DNA of 64,000 bases from Ferrovibrio sp. (GTDB taxonomy: Bacteria > Pseudomonadota > Alphaproteobacteria > Ferrovibrionales > Ferrovibrionaceae): positions 8,488-72,487 of the forward strand of contig NZ_JANLJJ010000017.1 of the NCBI RefSeq assembly GCF_029255545.1. The letters run 5' to 3'. Shown piece by piece: positions 37,637 through 47,006 of this stretch; position 1 is the stretch's first letter, and every line of letters starts with the position of its first letter. The notes beneath the pieces were generated by a model that ran no database searches, was not told the DNA's origin, and was given only the letters and a program-made list of their open reading frames with translations. The position numbers and the translations under genes were made by a program.

Positions 37637-39094
37637 TCACGCCACGGCGCTGGCGCGCGAAGGATGGGATGCCATTATGCGTTCGGCGGTGTCGCTGCCG
37701 TTGCCAAGGAGGGCGCTGATCTGCTGCTCAGGCAGACCGCTAGCCAGCAGCTGTTCAGCCAGGGATGCCTTCAGCCGCTCAAGCCCGGCTGCGTCGGATG
37801 CTTCGCAACGCGCTACCAGGGCATTCTGCGTATTCGAGGCGCGTAGCAGCCACCAGCCACCACTGGTGCGAACGCGGACGCCGTCGATATCATTCACATC
37901 GGCTCCGGCCGCCTGCAGGCGGCCGCGAACTTCGTCGACGACGGAGAATTTACGGGTGTCATCGCAGTCGATGCGCAATTCGGGCGTGGTGCTGCTTTTC
38001 GGCAGCCGGTCATGCAGATCAGCCAGGCTCCGATTGCCGCGGGCAACGAGGTTGAGCAGCCGGATTGCGGCATACAGGGCATCGTCGAAGCCAAAATAGC
38101 GATCAGCAAAGAAGATGTGGCCACTCATTTCACCGGCCAGTGCCGCGCCGGTTTCCCGCATTTTTGCCTTGATCAGCGAATGACCTGTCCGCCACATCAC
38201 CGGCTTCCCGCCCAATCTCTCGACAATATCGAACAGGGACTGGCTGGTCTTGACATCCGCAATGATCGTCGCGCCAGGCTGCCGACGCAGAATGTCCTCT
38301 GACCACAGCATCATCAACTGGTCGCCCCACAAGATGCTACCACGATTGTCGATTACGCCGAGGCGATCACCATCGCCGTCAAAGGCAATGCCGAGATCGC
38401 AGTTCCTGGTCAGCACGGTATGCCGCAGGTGATCGAGGGTCTCCGGCAGCGTCGGGTCGGGATGGTGCGCGGGGAAGGTTCCGTCGAGTTCACCGTTGAG
38501 AACGATATGGCGGCCCGGCAGATTGCGCACCATTCGTTCGATAACGGGGCAGGCCGCGCCGTTGCCGGGGTCCCACGCGACCGACAATGGCCGCGCCAGT
38601 TCCGCATCGCGCAGCAGGCGCATGGTGTAAGCTCCCAGAACCGAGCGGCGCAGCGTGCGGCCGTTGCCCGAGGAATAAGCATCGTCACGGATGATGCGGC
38701 CAAGCTCAAGGATGTCAGCGCCATGCATGGTGCGGCCCTGCAGCACCAGTTTGAAGCCGTTGTAGTCAGCCGGATTGTGGGAGCCGGTCACCATGGCGGC
38801 AGCATCGGCGGAAAGATGGTGCTCGGCGAAATACAGCATGGGGGTGGGGCCGACACCGATACGATACACATCGATTCCGGTCGCCTTCAGTCCGCGCACG
38901 AAAGCCCTGGCCAGTTGGGGCGAGCTGAGCCGGCCGTCGCGGCCAAGCGCACAACTGCGCCCGCCGGCACGCCGGATCATGGTGCCGAAAGCGCGGCCGA
39001 GGGCGGCGGCGTCTGCGATATGCAGGCTTTGTCCGACAATCCCGCGGATGTCGTATTCACGCAGAATGCTTTTGTCCAGATGACGATCCGGCAT
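37637..39094 (-). CDS. manB: Phosphomannomutase/phosphoglucomutase
   Basis: YDIRGIVG, VTGSHNP, FDGDGDR, GEMSGH, LRASNT. Confidence 0.93.
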   Translation of the reverse strand: MPDRHLDKSILREYDIRGIVGQSLHIADAAALGRAFGTMIRRAGGRSCALGRDGRLSSPQLARAFVRGLKATGIDVYRIGVGPTPMLYFAEHHLSADAAAMVTGSHNPADYNGFKLVLQGRTMHGADILELGRIIRDDAYSSGNGRTLRRSVLGAYTMRLLRDAELARPLSVAWDPGNGAACPVIERMVRNLPGRHIVLNGELDGTFPAHHPDPTLPETLDHLRHTVLTRNCDLGIAFDGDGDRLGVIDNRGSILWGDQLMMLWSEDILRRQPGATIIADVKTSQSLFDIVERLGGKPVMWRTGHSLIKAKMRETGAALAGEMSGHIFFADRYFGFDDALYAAIRLLNLVARGNRSLADLHDRLPKSSTTPELRIDCDDTRKFSVVDEVRGRLQAAGADVNDIDGVRVRTSGGWWLLRASNTQNALVARCEASDAAGLERLKASLAEQLLASGLPEQQISALLGNGSDTAERIMASHPSRASAVA

Positions 39095-39565
39095 CGACGT
39101 TCTCCTGATCCGATGACAGCAGGTTGGTGGCAATGTCGTAGCCGCTGTCTTATCCGCTGGCGGGTTCGTGCAGTGTGGTCATGCCGTGGCCATTCAGCCG
39201 CGGTGCTGGTGCAACGGCTGGATGTGCTGTGACTAATTTGTGGCCAGGTCACAATCGGGTCGCCGTACCCTTGAAGGATCGGGCGGCTGGCTTTTAATAT
39301 TCCGGCACCGCAATCGAATGCATGCCCTGTGGTGGACATGCATATGCAGGCTTGGTCGGAAACGGTTCCGTACAGGCAAGCCTGTGCAGGTCTGCGGATA
39401 ATTTTCATATATGAACGCCTGCATGAACGGCGCGTCGCAACGGGGGAAACCGGAGAAGACTGGCAACGCTGCGCCCGCGTGCGGGCGCAGGAAACCGAGT
39501 GTGGACCTATCGATGTTTCGCGATGGTGTGCTGAGAGTTTGAACACCAGGCGGAAAGGCGGAGTG

Positions 39566-40036
39566 ATGAACAGGGTCCTGATGTGGTTTCCGTGTGGTGT
39601 CGGCCTCGCTGCGCTTTCCGCGTGCAGCGGTATTGCTGCGTTGCAGCCCGGCCCAGGAAACTCTCCCCCCCCGTCATCCGTTGAAGCCCCGAAGAAGCAG
39701 CCACGGCGCAGCAATCCGGGCGTGGTTGCCACGGTGTCCTTGCCGCAGCGGGCCGATGCCGCGAACGGTCAGTATACGCAGTTACATTTAATGGGCCTGG
39801 ATGGCGAACAGTTGCGCAATCGGCTGGGGCGGCCCAGCGAGGAATGGGAGCATGGGCCTGGCAAGCTATGGCGCTATCGGTATGCCGGAAATTGCATCCT
39901 CGATGTGCGGCTTTACCCTGATGTACAAACCCAGACTTTTCGCAGCCTGAACTATGAGGTGACTGGAGATGACGGTTCTGACAACGGAAAGCACCGATGT
40001 GCGACAGAGCTACAGTCATGGGCCAATCGAAAATGA
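39566..40036 (+). CDS. Putative lipoprotein
   Basis: GGAG RBS; lipobox LSAC; Pro-rich linker; LG.P......G...WRY...C.LDV.LY domain. Confidence 0.7.
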   Translation: MNRVLMWFPCGVGLAALSACSGIAALQPGPGNSPPPSSVEAPKKQPRRSNPGVVATVSLPQRADAANGQYTQLHLMGLDGEQLRNRLGRPSEEWEHGPGKLWRYRYAGNCILDVRLYPDVQTQTFRSLNYEVTGDDGSDNGKHRCATELQSWANRK

Positions 40037-40061
40037 GCTGCGCGGTTCCCATGCAGTTGAA

Positions 40062-40799
40062 GTGACCGCCCGTCCCATCAGGATTGTGTTCATCGATGAT
40101 GATGATGATTACCGAGAGGCGATGAGCGGCGAATTGGCCGATCATGGTTTCGATGTAGTCGATCTCGCCGAGGGCGATGCAATGTTCGAGTATTTTTCGA
40201 ATGGTGGCAGTGCCGACGTGGTGGTGCTGGACTGGCGGCTGCCCGGCGCCTCGGGCCTCGACCTGCTGGGGCAGTCGCGCCGGCGCGGCATTCATGTGCC
40301 GATGATCGTGCTGACCGGCATGCTGTCGACAACCTACGAGAATGCCGCGCTCGATAACGGCGCGGTTGATTTCGTGAACAAGTCACGGGGCGCAGCGGTT
40401 CTGGCCAAGCGGATCGGCCTGATCGTTGCCGCGGGCAAGAAGCTGCCGGAGCATCGCCGCGAAGAGGTAATCGTCTGCGGCGACTTGCTGCTACGCCCGC
40501 AAATCAGCCGGGCGATGTGGAGAGACATTGACGTTAATCTCACGGTGGTTGAGTTCAATATCGTGCACCTCCTGGTCCGGCGCCTGAATGAATATGTCAC
40601 CTACCGCGCAATATATGACTGCGTGCATCATGCGGGGTTCATAGCCGGAACGGGCGAGGACGGCTATCGCACCAATGTCCGCTCGTCGATCAAGCGTATC
40701 CGCAACAAATTCCGGGCGATCGATGCAAAATTCAGCCAGATCGAGAATTTCCTTGCCTTCGGATACCGCTGGCGCGCGCTTGTCGACGGGCAGGGCTGA
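40062..40799 (+). CDS. OmpR-family response regulator (ChvI-like)
   Basis: IDDDD, VVLDW.LPG, FVNK receiver; winged helix LTVVEF...IKRIRNKF...FGYRW; start uncertain. Confidence 0.88.
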   Translation: MTARPIRIVFIDDDDDYREAMSGELADHGFDVVDLAEGDAMFEYFSNGGSADVVVLDWRLPGASGLDLLGQSRRRGIHVPMIVLTGMLSTTYENAALDNGAVDFVNKSRGAAVLAKRIGLIVAAGKKLPEHRREEVIVCGDLLLRPQISRAMWRDIDVNLTVVEFNIVHLLVRRLNEYVTYRAIYDCVHHAGFIAGTGEDGYRTNVRSSIKRIRNKFRAIDAKFSQIENFLAFGYRWRALVDGQG

Positions 40800-42321
40800 C
40801 ATTCTGCATGCACTGCGGCGCCTTGCGGCATCGCTCACCCTAAAGATGATCGGCCTGGTGGTGGTGTTTGTTGCATTGCCAGTGGTTCTGTATGGCCAGT
40901 TCGAGAGCGCCGACAACCAGCGCCGTGATCTCGTGGTGCGGGGCATCCAACAGCGCAGCTGGCTGATTGCCCAGGCGCTGACGCCGGTCCTCGATCAACC
41001 GTCCGGCCCTCCGCACAAATCTCTCAATCATGAATTGCAGCGATTCAAGGATAGCCGAACGCTGTTGAAACTGATGTTCCGGCCGGCCGGCGTGCCGCCC
41101 GGCGGAAGTTTCTATTACATTGCCTCGGCGCCCGAATCGAAGCCCGAGTTGGTGGGTACTGAACTCGCAAGCCTGGCGGAGCACGGCGTTTTGCAGCAGC
41201 TCTCTGAGAGTTGTGCCTGGGATGCTCCGATCGATATCCGCTACCGGCAGCCGAATGGCCACGAGGAAATCATGACATCGGTCGTACCGATCCAGTCGCG
41301 CTGGGGTTGCTGGGTCCTGTTGTCGGCGCATCCGACTTCCGAATTTCTCAATATCTCAATTGGCCGGTCCTACTGGCAGACCCGGGAAATTCAGGTGGCA
41401 GCCGCCATCTATTTCGTATTTGCGCTGCTGGCAATCCTGGTAACGGTAAGCGTCTGGCGCAGCCTGCATCATTTCCGGCATGTCGCCCGCGAGATCCGCG
41501 AGGGCCGCGGCTGGGAACGCACATTTGCGGCCCGCAACGTCGTGCCGGAACTGACCAGCGTCGCTGCCGATTTCGATCATTTTGTCTGGGACCTGCGGAA
41601 AATCGCCCACGACATGCGCCAGGCCTCGGAGGACAACGCCCATTCACTGAAAGGGCCGATCTGCACCATCCAGGCGTCGCTTGAACCCATCAAGCGGGTG
41701 GTGCCGACAGGCAATGTCCGCGCCACCCGAGCCGTCAGTCTGGTCGAATCCTCCCTGCGACGGCTGCATTCCCTGGTCAATGCGACCCAGCGCATTGATT
41801 ACAACACGGCGAACCTGATCGATGCGCCACGGATTCGTGTGAATCTGTCGGAGATCGTCGCCGATATCGTTCTGCGTTACCGCGAGGTCCTGGCCGAGCA
41901 TAATGTCCGCCTTGTCAGGGTTCTGGAGGAAGGAGCTTGTGTCCTGGCCGGGCGGGGCGTCATAGACACGATATTTGAGAATATCCTCGACAATGCCATC
42001 GGCTTCGCCCCGGAGCGGTCCACTGTATCGGTTTATGTTTTTCGTCAGAACAGCAGCATCATGCTGCATGTCGACGATGAGGGGCCTGGGATAGATCATG
42101 AGCAGATAGGGCTGGTTTTTGATCGCTATTTCTCTTCGCGCGCTGGATCGCCCAATCAGACCGGACGCCGCAGCACGCCGGGCGGAAGTCCTGGCAGTCA
42201 TGCCGGACTTGGCCTGTGGATCGTACATCGCAATGTCGAGGCTCTAGGCGGAACGGTATCTGCCCATAACCGCCTCAGGGGCGGATTGAGCATCCGCATC
42301 GAACTTCCGGCAGCGGCCTGA
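40780..42321 (+). CDS. Membrane sensor histidine kinase (ChvG-like)
   Basis: Two TMs, HAMP-like region, H-box NAHSLKGP, N-box ENILDNA, DDEGPG, GLGLWIV; start uncertain (TTG 40780 or ATG 40846). Confidence 0.88.
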   Translation: MSTGRADILHALRRLAASLTLKMIGLVVVFVALPVVLYGQFESADNQRRDLVVRGIQQRSWLIAQALTPVLDQPSGPPHKSLNHELQRFKDSRTLLKLMFRPAGVPPGGSFYYIASAPESKPELVGTELASLAEHGVLQQLSESCAWDAPIDIRYRQPNGHEEIMTSVVPIQSRWGCWVLLSAHPTSEFLNISIGRSYWQTREIQVAAAIYFVFALLAILVTVSVWRSLHHFRHVAREIREGRGWERTFAARNVVPELTSVAADFDHFVWDLRKIAHDMRQASEDNAHSLKGPICTIQASLEPIKRVVPTGNVRATRAVSLVESSLRRLHSLVNATQRIDYNTANLIDAPRIRVNLSEIVADIVLRYREVLAEHNVRLVRVLEEGACVLAGRGVIDTIFENILDNAIGFAPERSTVSVYVFRQNSSIMLHVDDEGPGIDHEQIGLVFDRYFSSRAGSPNQTGRRSTPGGSPGSHAGLGLWIVHRNVEALGGTVSAHNRLRGGLSIRIELPAAA

Positions 42322-42438
42322 GCCTACCGGAAGTTCGATGCGGTATCCCCGCAGCCACAGCTTGATCACTGGCTCGACCCAGCCGGCCTGCGCATAGTCG
42401 CTAGGCAAAAATTCACGATAGCCAGAACGGAGTCCGCG

Positions 42439-43902
42439 ATGAATGCAGTGGTCGAAAGCAGCAGTGTTCTCGAGCAGCGCGCATTCCAGATCCATCCCGT
42501 CATCCTGGCTGGCGGATCGGGCACGCGGTTGTGGCCGTTGTCCCGTACGGCATATCCAAAGCAGTTGCTGCCGCTGGTGACAGAGCGCAGCTTGCTGCAA
42601 CAGACGGTAGAGCGGAATCAGGCCACCTTGGGTTTCGCCGCGCCGGTTCTGGTCTGCGGTGATGAGCATCGTTTTCTAGTTGATGACCAGATGGCCGCAA
42701 TCGGCGTAGAGCCGCAGCAGATCATTCTGGAACCTGTCGGGCGCAACACGGCCCCCGCGCTGGCCGTGGCGGCGCTTCTTCTGAGCGACCGTGATCAGGA
42801 TGCCCTGATGTTGGTGCAGCCGGCCGATCACGCAATTGGCGATCTGGCCAGCCTGCAGGCTGCCGTTCGCGCCGGATTGCCGGCTGCCGAGGAGGGGCGT
42901 CTGGTCACCTTCGGCATCACGCCGGACAGGCCGGAACCAGGTTACGGCTATATCAAGGGCGGCCCGCTGCTGGAGGGCTCCGATCATGTACGGATCGTCG
43001 ACCGGTTCATTGAGAAGCCAGATCGCAACACTGCGAAAGCGTATGTCGACAGTGGCGCCTATTTCTGGAACAGCGGCATTTTTCTGATGCGTGCCAACCG
43101 TTATCTTGAGGAATTGCGCCGTCTGCATCCCGCTGTACTGGAGGCCTGCGAGCAAGCCGTACTGGGCGGCCAATCCGATCTTGGGTTCTATCGGTTGGAT
43201 GCCGAAGCGTTCAGGGCGGCGGCCTCTCTATCGATCGACCACGCAGTTATGGAGCGTGCCGATCGTGCGGCAGTAGTGCCGGTCAGCATGGCGTGGAGTG
43301 ACCTTGGCTCGTGGCAGGCCTTGCGCAGCGTGCTGCCCGACGACGGTGCCGGGAATATTCTCAGTGGCGACGTGATCGCGCGAGATGTCAGAAACTGCTA
43401 CCTGCGCAGCGAGGACAAGCTTCTGGCGGTGATTGGCCTGGAGGACGTTGTAGTGGTGTCGACCGATGACGCTGTCCTGGTGGCACGGGCAGATCGGGTC
43501 GACGAGGTGTCGCAGGTGGTCGAACAGCTGCGGCTGCGCAATCGGCCGGAGCCATTGTCGCACCGCACCTGCTACCGGCCATGGGGTTCCTACGCCTCGA
43601 TCGATATGGGCGACCGCTTCCAAGTCAAACGTATTACGGTGAAGCCGGGCGCTCGATTAAGCCTGCAGAAGCATTTCCATCGTGCCGAGCACTGGGTGGT
43701 AGTGCGCGGGACGGCATTGGTGGAGCGCGATGGCGAGAGCATGTTGCTGCGCGAGAATGAATCGATCTACATCCCCATCGGCGCCGCCCACCGGCTGGAG
43801 AATCCCGGCAAGCTGCCACTGCACCTGATCGAGGTGCAGTCCGGCGCCTATCTGGGCGAGGATGACATCGTTCGGCTGGCCGATAACTATGGCCGGTGCT
43901 GA
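42439..43902 (+). CDS. manC: Mannose-1-phosphate guanylyltransferase / mannose-6-phosphate isomerase
   Basis: LAGGSGTRLWPLSR..YPKQ, EPVGRNTAPA, RPWG.Y, SLQKHFHRAEHW, GEDDIVR. Confidence 0.96.
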   Translation: MNAVVESSSVLEQRAFQIHPVILAGGSGTRLWPLSRTAYPKQLLPLVTERSLLQQTVERNQATLGFAAPVLVCGDEHRFLVDDQMAAIGVEPQQIILEPVGRNTAPALAVAALLLSDRDQDALMLVQPADHAIGDLASLQAAVRAGLPAAEEGRLVTFGITPDRPEPGYGYIKGGPLLEGSDHVRIVDRFIEKPDRNTAKAYVDSGAYFWNSGIFLMRANRYLEELRRLHPAVLEACEQAVLGGQSDLGFYRLDAEAFRAAASLSIDHAVMERADRAAVVPVSMAWSDLGSWQALRSVLPDDGAGNILSGDVIARDVRNCYLRSEDKLLAVIGLEDVVVVSTDDAVLVARADRVDEVSQVVEQLRLRNRPEPLSHRTCYRPWGSYASIDMGDRFQVKRITVKPGARLSLQKHFHRAEHWVVVRGTALVERDGESMLLRENESIYIPIGAAHRLENPGKLPLHLIEVQSGAYLGEDDIVRLADNYGRC

Positions 43903-43903
43903 G

Positions 43904-44902
43904 ATGCCGGAGAACGTTCTGGTTACCGGTGGTGCCGGTTATATCGGCAGCCATGTGTGTCAGGCGGTGTCGGCTGCCGGGCTGCAGCCCGTCGTTTACG
44001 ACAACATGTCGTCGGGCCATGGCTGGGCCGTGCAATGGGGCCCGCTGGAAGGCGGCGATCTGGTTGATGCCGGTCGGCTGGACGAGGTGATGCGCAAATA
44101 CCGCCCCGTCGCGGTCATTCACTTGGCCGGACTGATTGTGTCCAGCGATTCGGTGCGCGACCCCGAGCCGTATTATGCCAGCAATGTCGCCGGCAGCCTG
44201 ACCCTGCTGGAGGCGATGCGGCGGAACGGCATCGAACGGATGGTTTTTTCCTCCAGTGCCGCCGTGTATGGCGAACCTGATGTCACGCCGATCCCCGAGC
44301 AGCATCCGCGGCGGCCACTCAATCCTTACGGAACGAGTAAGCTGGTGATCGAGACCGCGTTGCAGGATTATGCCCGTGCCTATGGCCTGCATTCGGTTTC
44401 GCTGCGGTATTTCAATGCCGCAGGCGCCGACCCAGCCGGCGAGATCGGCGAGGCGCATCCGATCGAAAGCCATCTGATCCCGCTGGTGCTCGATGCCGCT
44501 GCGGGATTGCGGCCGGCGATTGCCATCTACGGCACGGACTATCCCACCCGGGATGGCACCTGTGTCCGCGACTATATTCATGTCACCGATCTGGCCGATG
44601 CGCATGTCCTGGCGCTTCGGTATCTGGATCGTGCGGTGGGGGCCCATGCCTTCAATCTGGGCAGCGGCAGTGGCGCCTCGGTGCGCGAGGTTATTCGAAC
44701 TGCAGAGGGTATTGTCGGAAGAATAATTCCACTAAACATTGCGTCGCGGCGACCAGGCGATCCTGCGGCCTTGCTAGCCGATCCCGGGCGCGCCCTTCAG
44801 CTGCTCGGCTGGCAGCCGCGGCTGTCCGATCTCGACACGATGATTTCCACGGCCTGGCTCTGGCACCAGAAAATACTGCATCGTCGCAAGGCCATGATAT
44901 AA
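43904..44902 (+). CDS. galE: UDP-glucose 4-epimerase
   Basis: GGAGYIGSH, FSSSAAVYG, PYGTSK, LRYFNAAGA, DGTCVRDYIHV. Confidence 0.93.
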   Translation: MPENVLVTGGAGYIGSHVCQAVSAAGLQPVVYDNMSSGHGWAVQWGPLEGGDLVDAGRLDEVMRKYRPVAVIHLAGLIVSSDSVRDPEPYYASNVAGSLTLLEAMRRNGIERMVFSSSAAVYGEPDVTPIPEQHPRRPLNPYGTSKLVIETALQDYARAYGLHSVSLRYFNAAGADPAGEIGEAHPIESHLIPLVLDAAAGLRPAIAIYGTDYPTRDGTCVRDYIHVTDLADAHVLALRYLDRAVGAHAFNLGSGSGASVREVIRTAEGIVGRIIPLNIASRRPGDPAALLADPGRALQLLGWQPRLSDLDTMISTAWLWHQKILHRRKAMI

Positions 44903-44931
44903 AAAGCGACCAGTTACCAGGGTGGAGTCCC

Positions 44932-46272
44932 ATGCGGCCTTGCGGTGTTTCCTCCGCCAATCGTCTTTTGCATGCGATGGCATTCGGTTTTGTGGCTTCA
45001 GGGCTGACTCTGCCCGGGGCCAGTATTGCACAGACGACACCTCAAGCGACACCTCAGGCGGCCTCGCAGTCAGCGGCGCCCAAGGCTCCGCTGCCCGATG
45101 AGGTGCCGCGCGGCGCCACGGTCATGGACCGGCCACGGCCCGATTACGATGCCGCCGGCATCCGGCTGGGCGGTTTCCTGCTGTATCCCGGCCTCGCGGT
45201 GCAGGAGAGCTACAATTCCAACATCTATGCCACGCAGAACAACCGGCAGGACGATTTCATCACGACGATCACGCCGAGTCTGGACCTGCGCTCGAACTGG
45301 AACAACCATGCTCTGCGCCTGCATGCGGATACCACGCTGGCGCGCTATGCCGACCACCAGTCGGAGAACCACACGGATTACACGCTGCTGACAGATGGCC
45401 GCGTTGATGTGCTGCAGGATCTGCGGATCTTTGGCGGCGCCGGACTCGCACGGCGGCATGAAGCGCGCTCATCGCCGGACAATCAGGGCGGCACCGAACC
45501 GACGGAATATACGGTCTATTCGGCAAATGCCGCCATCGAGAAAGTGTTCAACCGCATGTCTGTCCGCCTGGATGGCAAGGGCGAACGCTATGCCTTCAGC
45601 GACGTGCAGAATTCCAGCGGCAGCACAGTCGACCAGAGCGGCCGCGACCGCAATCAGGGAGAACTGTCGCTGCGCACAGGCTATGAACTGGCGCCGCTAC
45701 GCGTGGTCTACCTGCAGGGATCGGTCAATACCCGCGATTACGACAATGGCAGCGATGCCAGTGGCTATGCCAGAAGTTCGGACGGCTACGCGCTGGTCGT
45801 CGGCACCGAATACGATCTGACCGGCGTCACATCGCTCGATATCTTTGCCGGCTACCGCCAGCAGGATTACGATGATGCCCGGCTGAAAAGCATGGCGGGA
45901 TGGACCGCAGGTGCCACGTTCACCTGGAACGTGACGCGGCTGACCACCGTGACGGCCGGCCTGACCCGCGATATCGAGGAAACGACTCTGGCCGGCGCTT
46001 CCGGTTATTTTGCCACGCGGACCGAGTTGCGCATCGATCATGAACTCCTGCGTAATCTGCTGCTGAACGCCAGGGTAGGGTACGAACAGGACGACTTTGA
46101 AGGCATCGGTCGCGAAGACGACTACATCAGCGCCGGCCTTGGCACGAAATACCTGATCAGCCGGAATTTCGCGTTGTCGGGTGGTTACGGCTATCGTCAG
46201 CGCGATTCCTCCGCCACGAACAGCGATTTTTCAGAAAATGTGGTTTTTCTGCGGCTGAGCACATATCTCTGA
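44932..46272 (+). CDS. Outer-membrane beta-barrel protein of EPS export (BBP2-like)
   Basis: Signal peptide, amphipathic beta strands, terminal aromatic LRLSTYL; directly upstream of wza. Confidence 0.8.
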   Translation: MRPCGVSSANRLLHAMAFGFVASGLTLPGASIAQTTPQATPQAASQSAAPKAPLPDEVPRGATVMDRPRPDYDAAGIRLGGFLLYPGLAVQESYNSNIYATQNNRQDDFITTITPSLDLRSNWNNHALRLHADTTLARYADHQSENHTDYTLLTDGRVDVLQDLRIFGGAGLARRHEARSSPDNQGGTEPTEYTVYSANAAIEKVFNRMSVRLDGKGERYAFSDVQNSSGSTVDQSGRDRNQGELSLRTGYELAPLRVVYLQGSVNTRDYDNGSDASGYARSSDGYALVVGTEYDLTGVTSLDIFAGYRQQDYDDARLKSMAGWTAGATFTWNVTRLTTVTAGLTRDIEETTLAGASGYFATRTELRIDHELLRNLLLNARVGYEQDDFEGIGREDDYISAGLGTKYLISRNFALSGGYGYRQRDSSATNSDFSENVVFLRLSTYL

Positions 46273-46391
46273 TCGGGGCGATTGCCCCTCTTTGATCACA
46301 GCCGGTTCAGGCGCTTTGTTGGTAGAAGCAGATGGTTTTCCGGATGCCGCATGGGCATCCGGAGTTCCTGCTATCAACGGGGCGGCCGGCC

Positions 46392-47006
46392 ATGCCAAGC
46401 TTCTTCGGACACCATCGTCCTCTCCGGCGTCTTCTCCGGTGCAGTCTGTTTCTTGTTGTTCTGCCCATCGTGGCCTGCGGCCCGGTGACAGCGCAACAAG
46501 CGGGCCACACCGACGCCGTGACTGCGGAAGCCCTATCGGCCAATGCCGGCTATCGCCTAGGCTCGGGCGATCGTGTGCGGATCACCGTTTACGGCCAGCC
46601 CGAACTGACCGGTGAATACGCCGTTGACGGCAGCGGTGCACTCTCCTTTCCGTTGATCGGCCAGGTCAGGGCGGGCGGGCGGAGCGCAGGCGAGCTGGAA
46701 AAGACGCTGGTTGACCGGCTGCAGCCCAATTACCTGAAAAATCCGAGCGTCAGCGTCGAGATACTGACCTATCGCCCATTCTATATCGTCGGTGAGGTTC
46801 GCACGCCAGGCAGCTATCCGTATGTTTCGGGGATGACCGTGCTGAATGCCGTGGCTCTGGCGGGCGGTTTCACCTATCGCGCCCGGGAGGGCGATTTCTA
46901 CGTCATGCGCCAAACGGCGGAAGGTGGAAAGGGCCGGCTGCAGGCCATGCCCGATACACCGGTTCTGCCGGGTGACGTGATCACCGTGCGGGAGCGGTAT
47001 TTCTGA
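46392..47006 (+). CDS. wza: Polysaccharide export OPX protein (short Wza)
   Basis: Lipobox IVAC; YRLGSGD.VRITVYG, G.LSFPLIG, YLKNPSV, GMTVLNAVALAGGF. Confidence 0.9.
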   Translation: MPSFFGHHRPLRRLLRCSLFLVVLPIVACGPVTAQQAGHTDAVTAEALSANAGYRLGSGDRVRITVYGQPELTGEYAVDGSGALSFPLIGQVRAGGRSAGELEKTLVDRLQPNYLKNPSVSVEILTYRPFYIVGEVRTPGSYPYVSGMTVLNAVALAGGFTYRAREGDFYVMRQTAEGGKGRLQAMPDTPVLPGDVITVRERYF

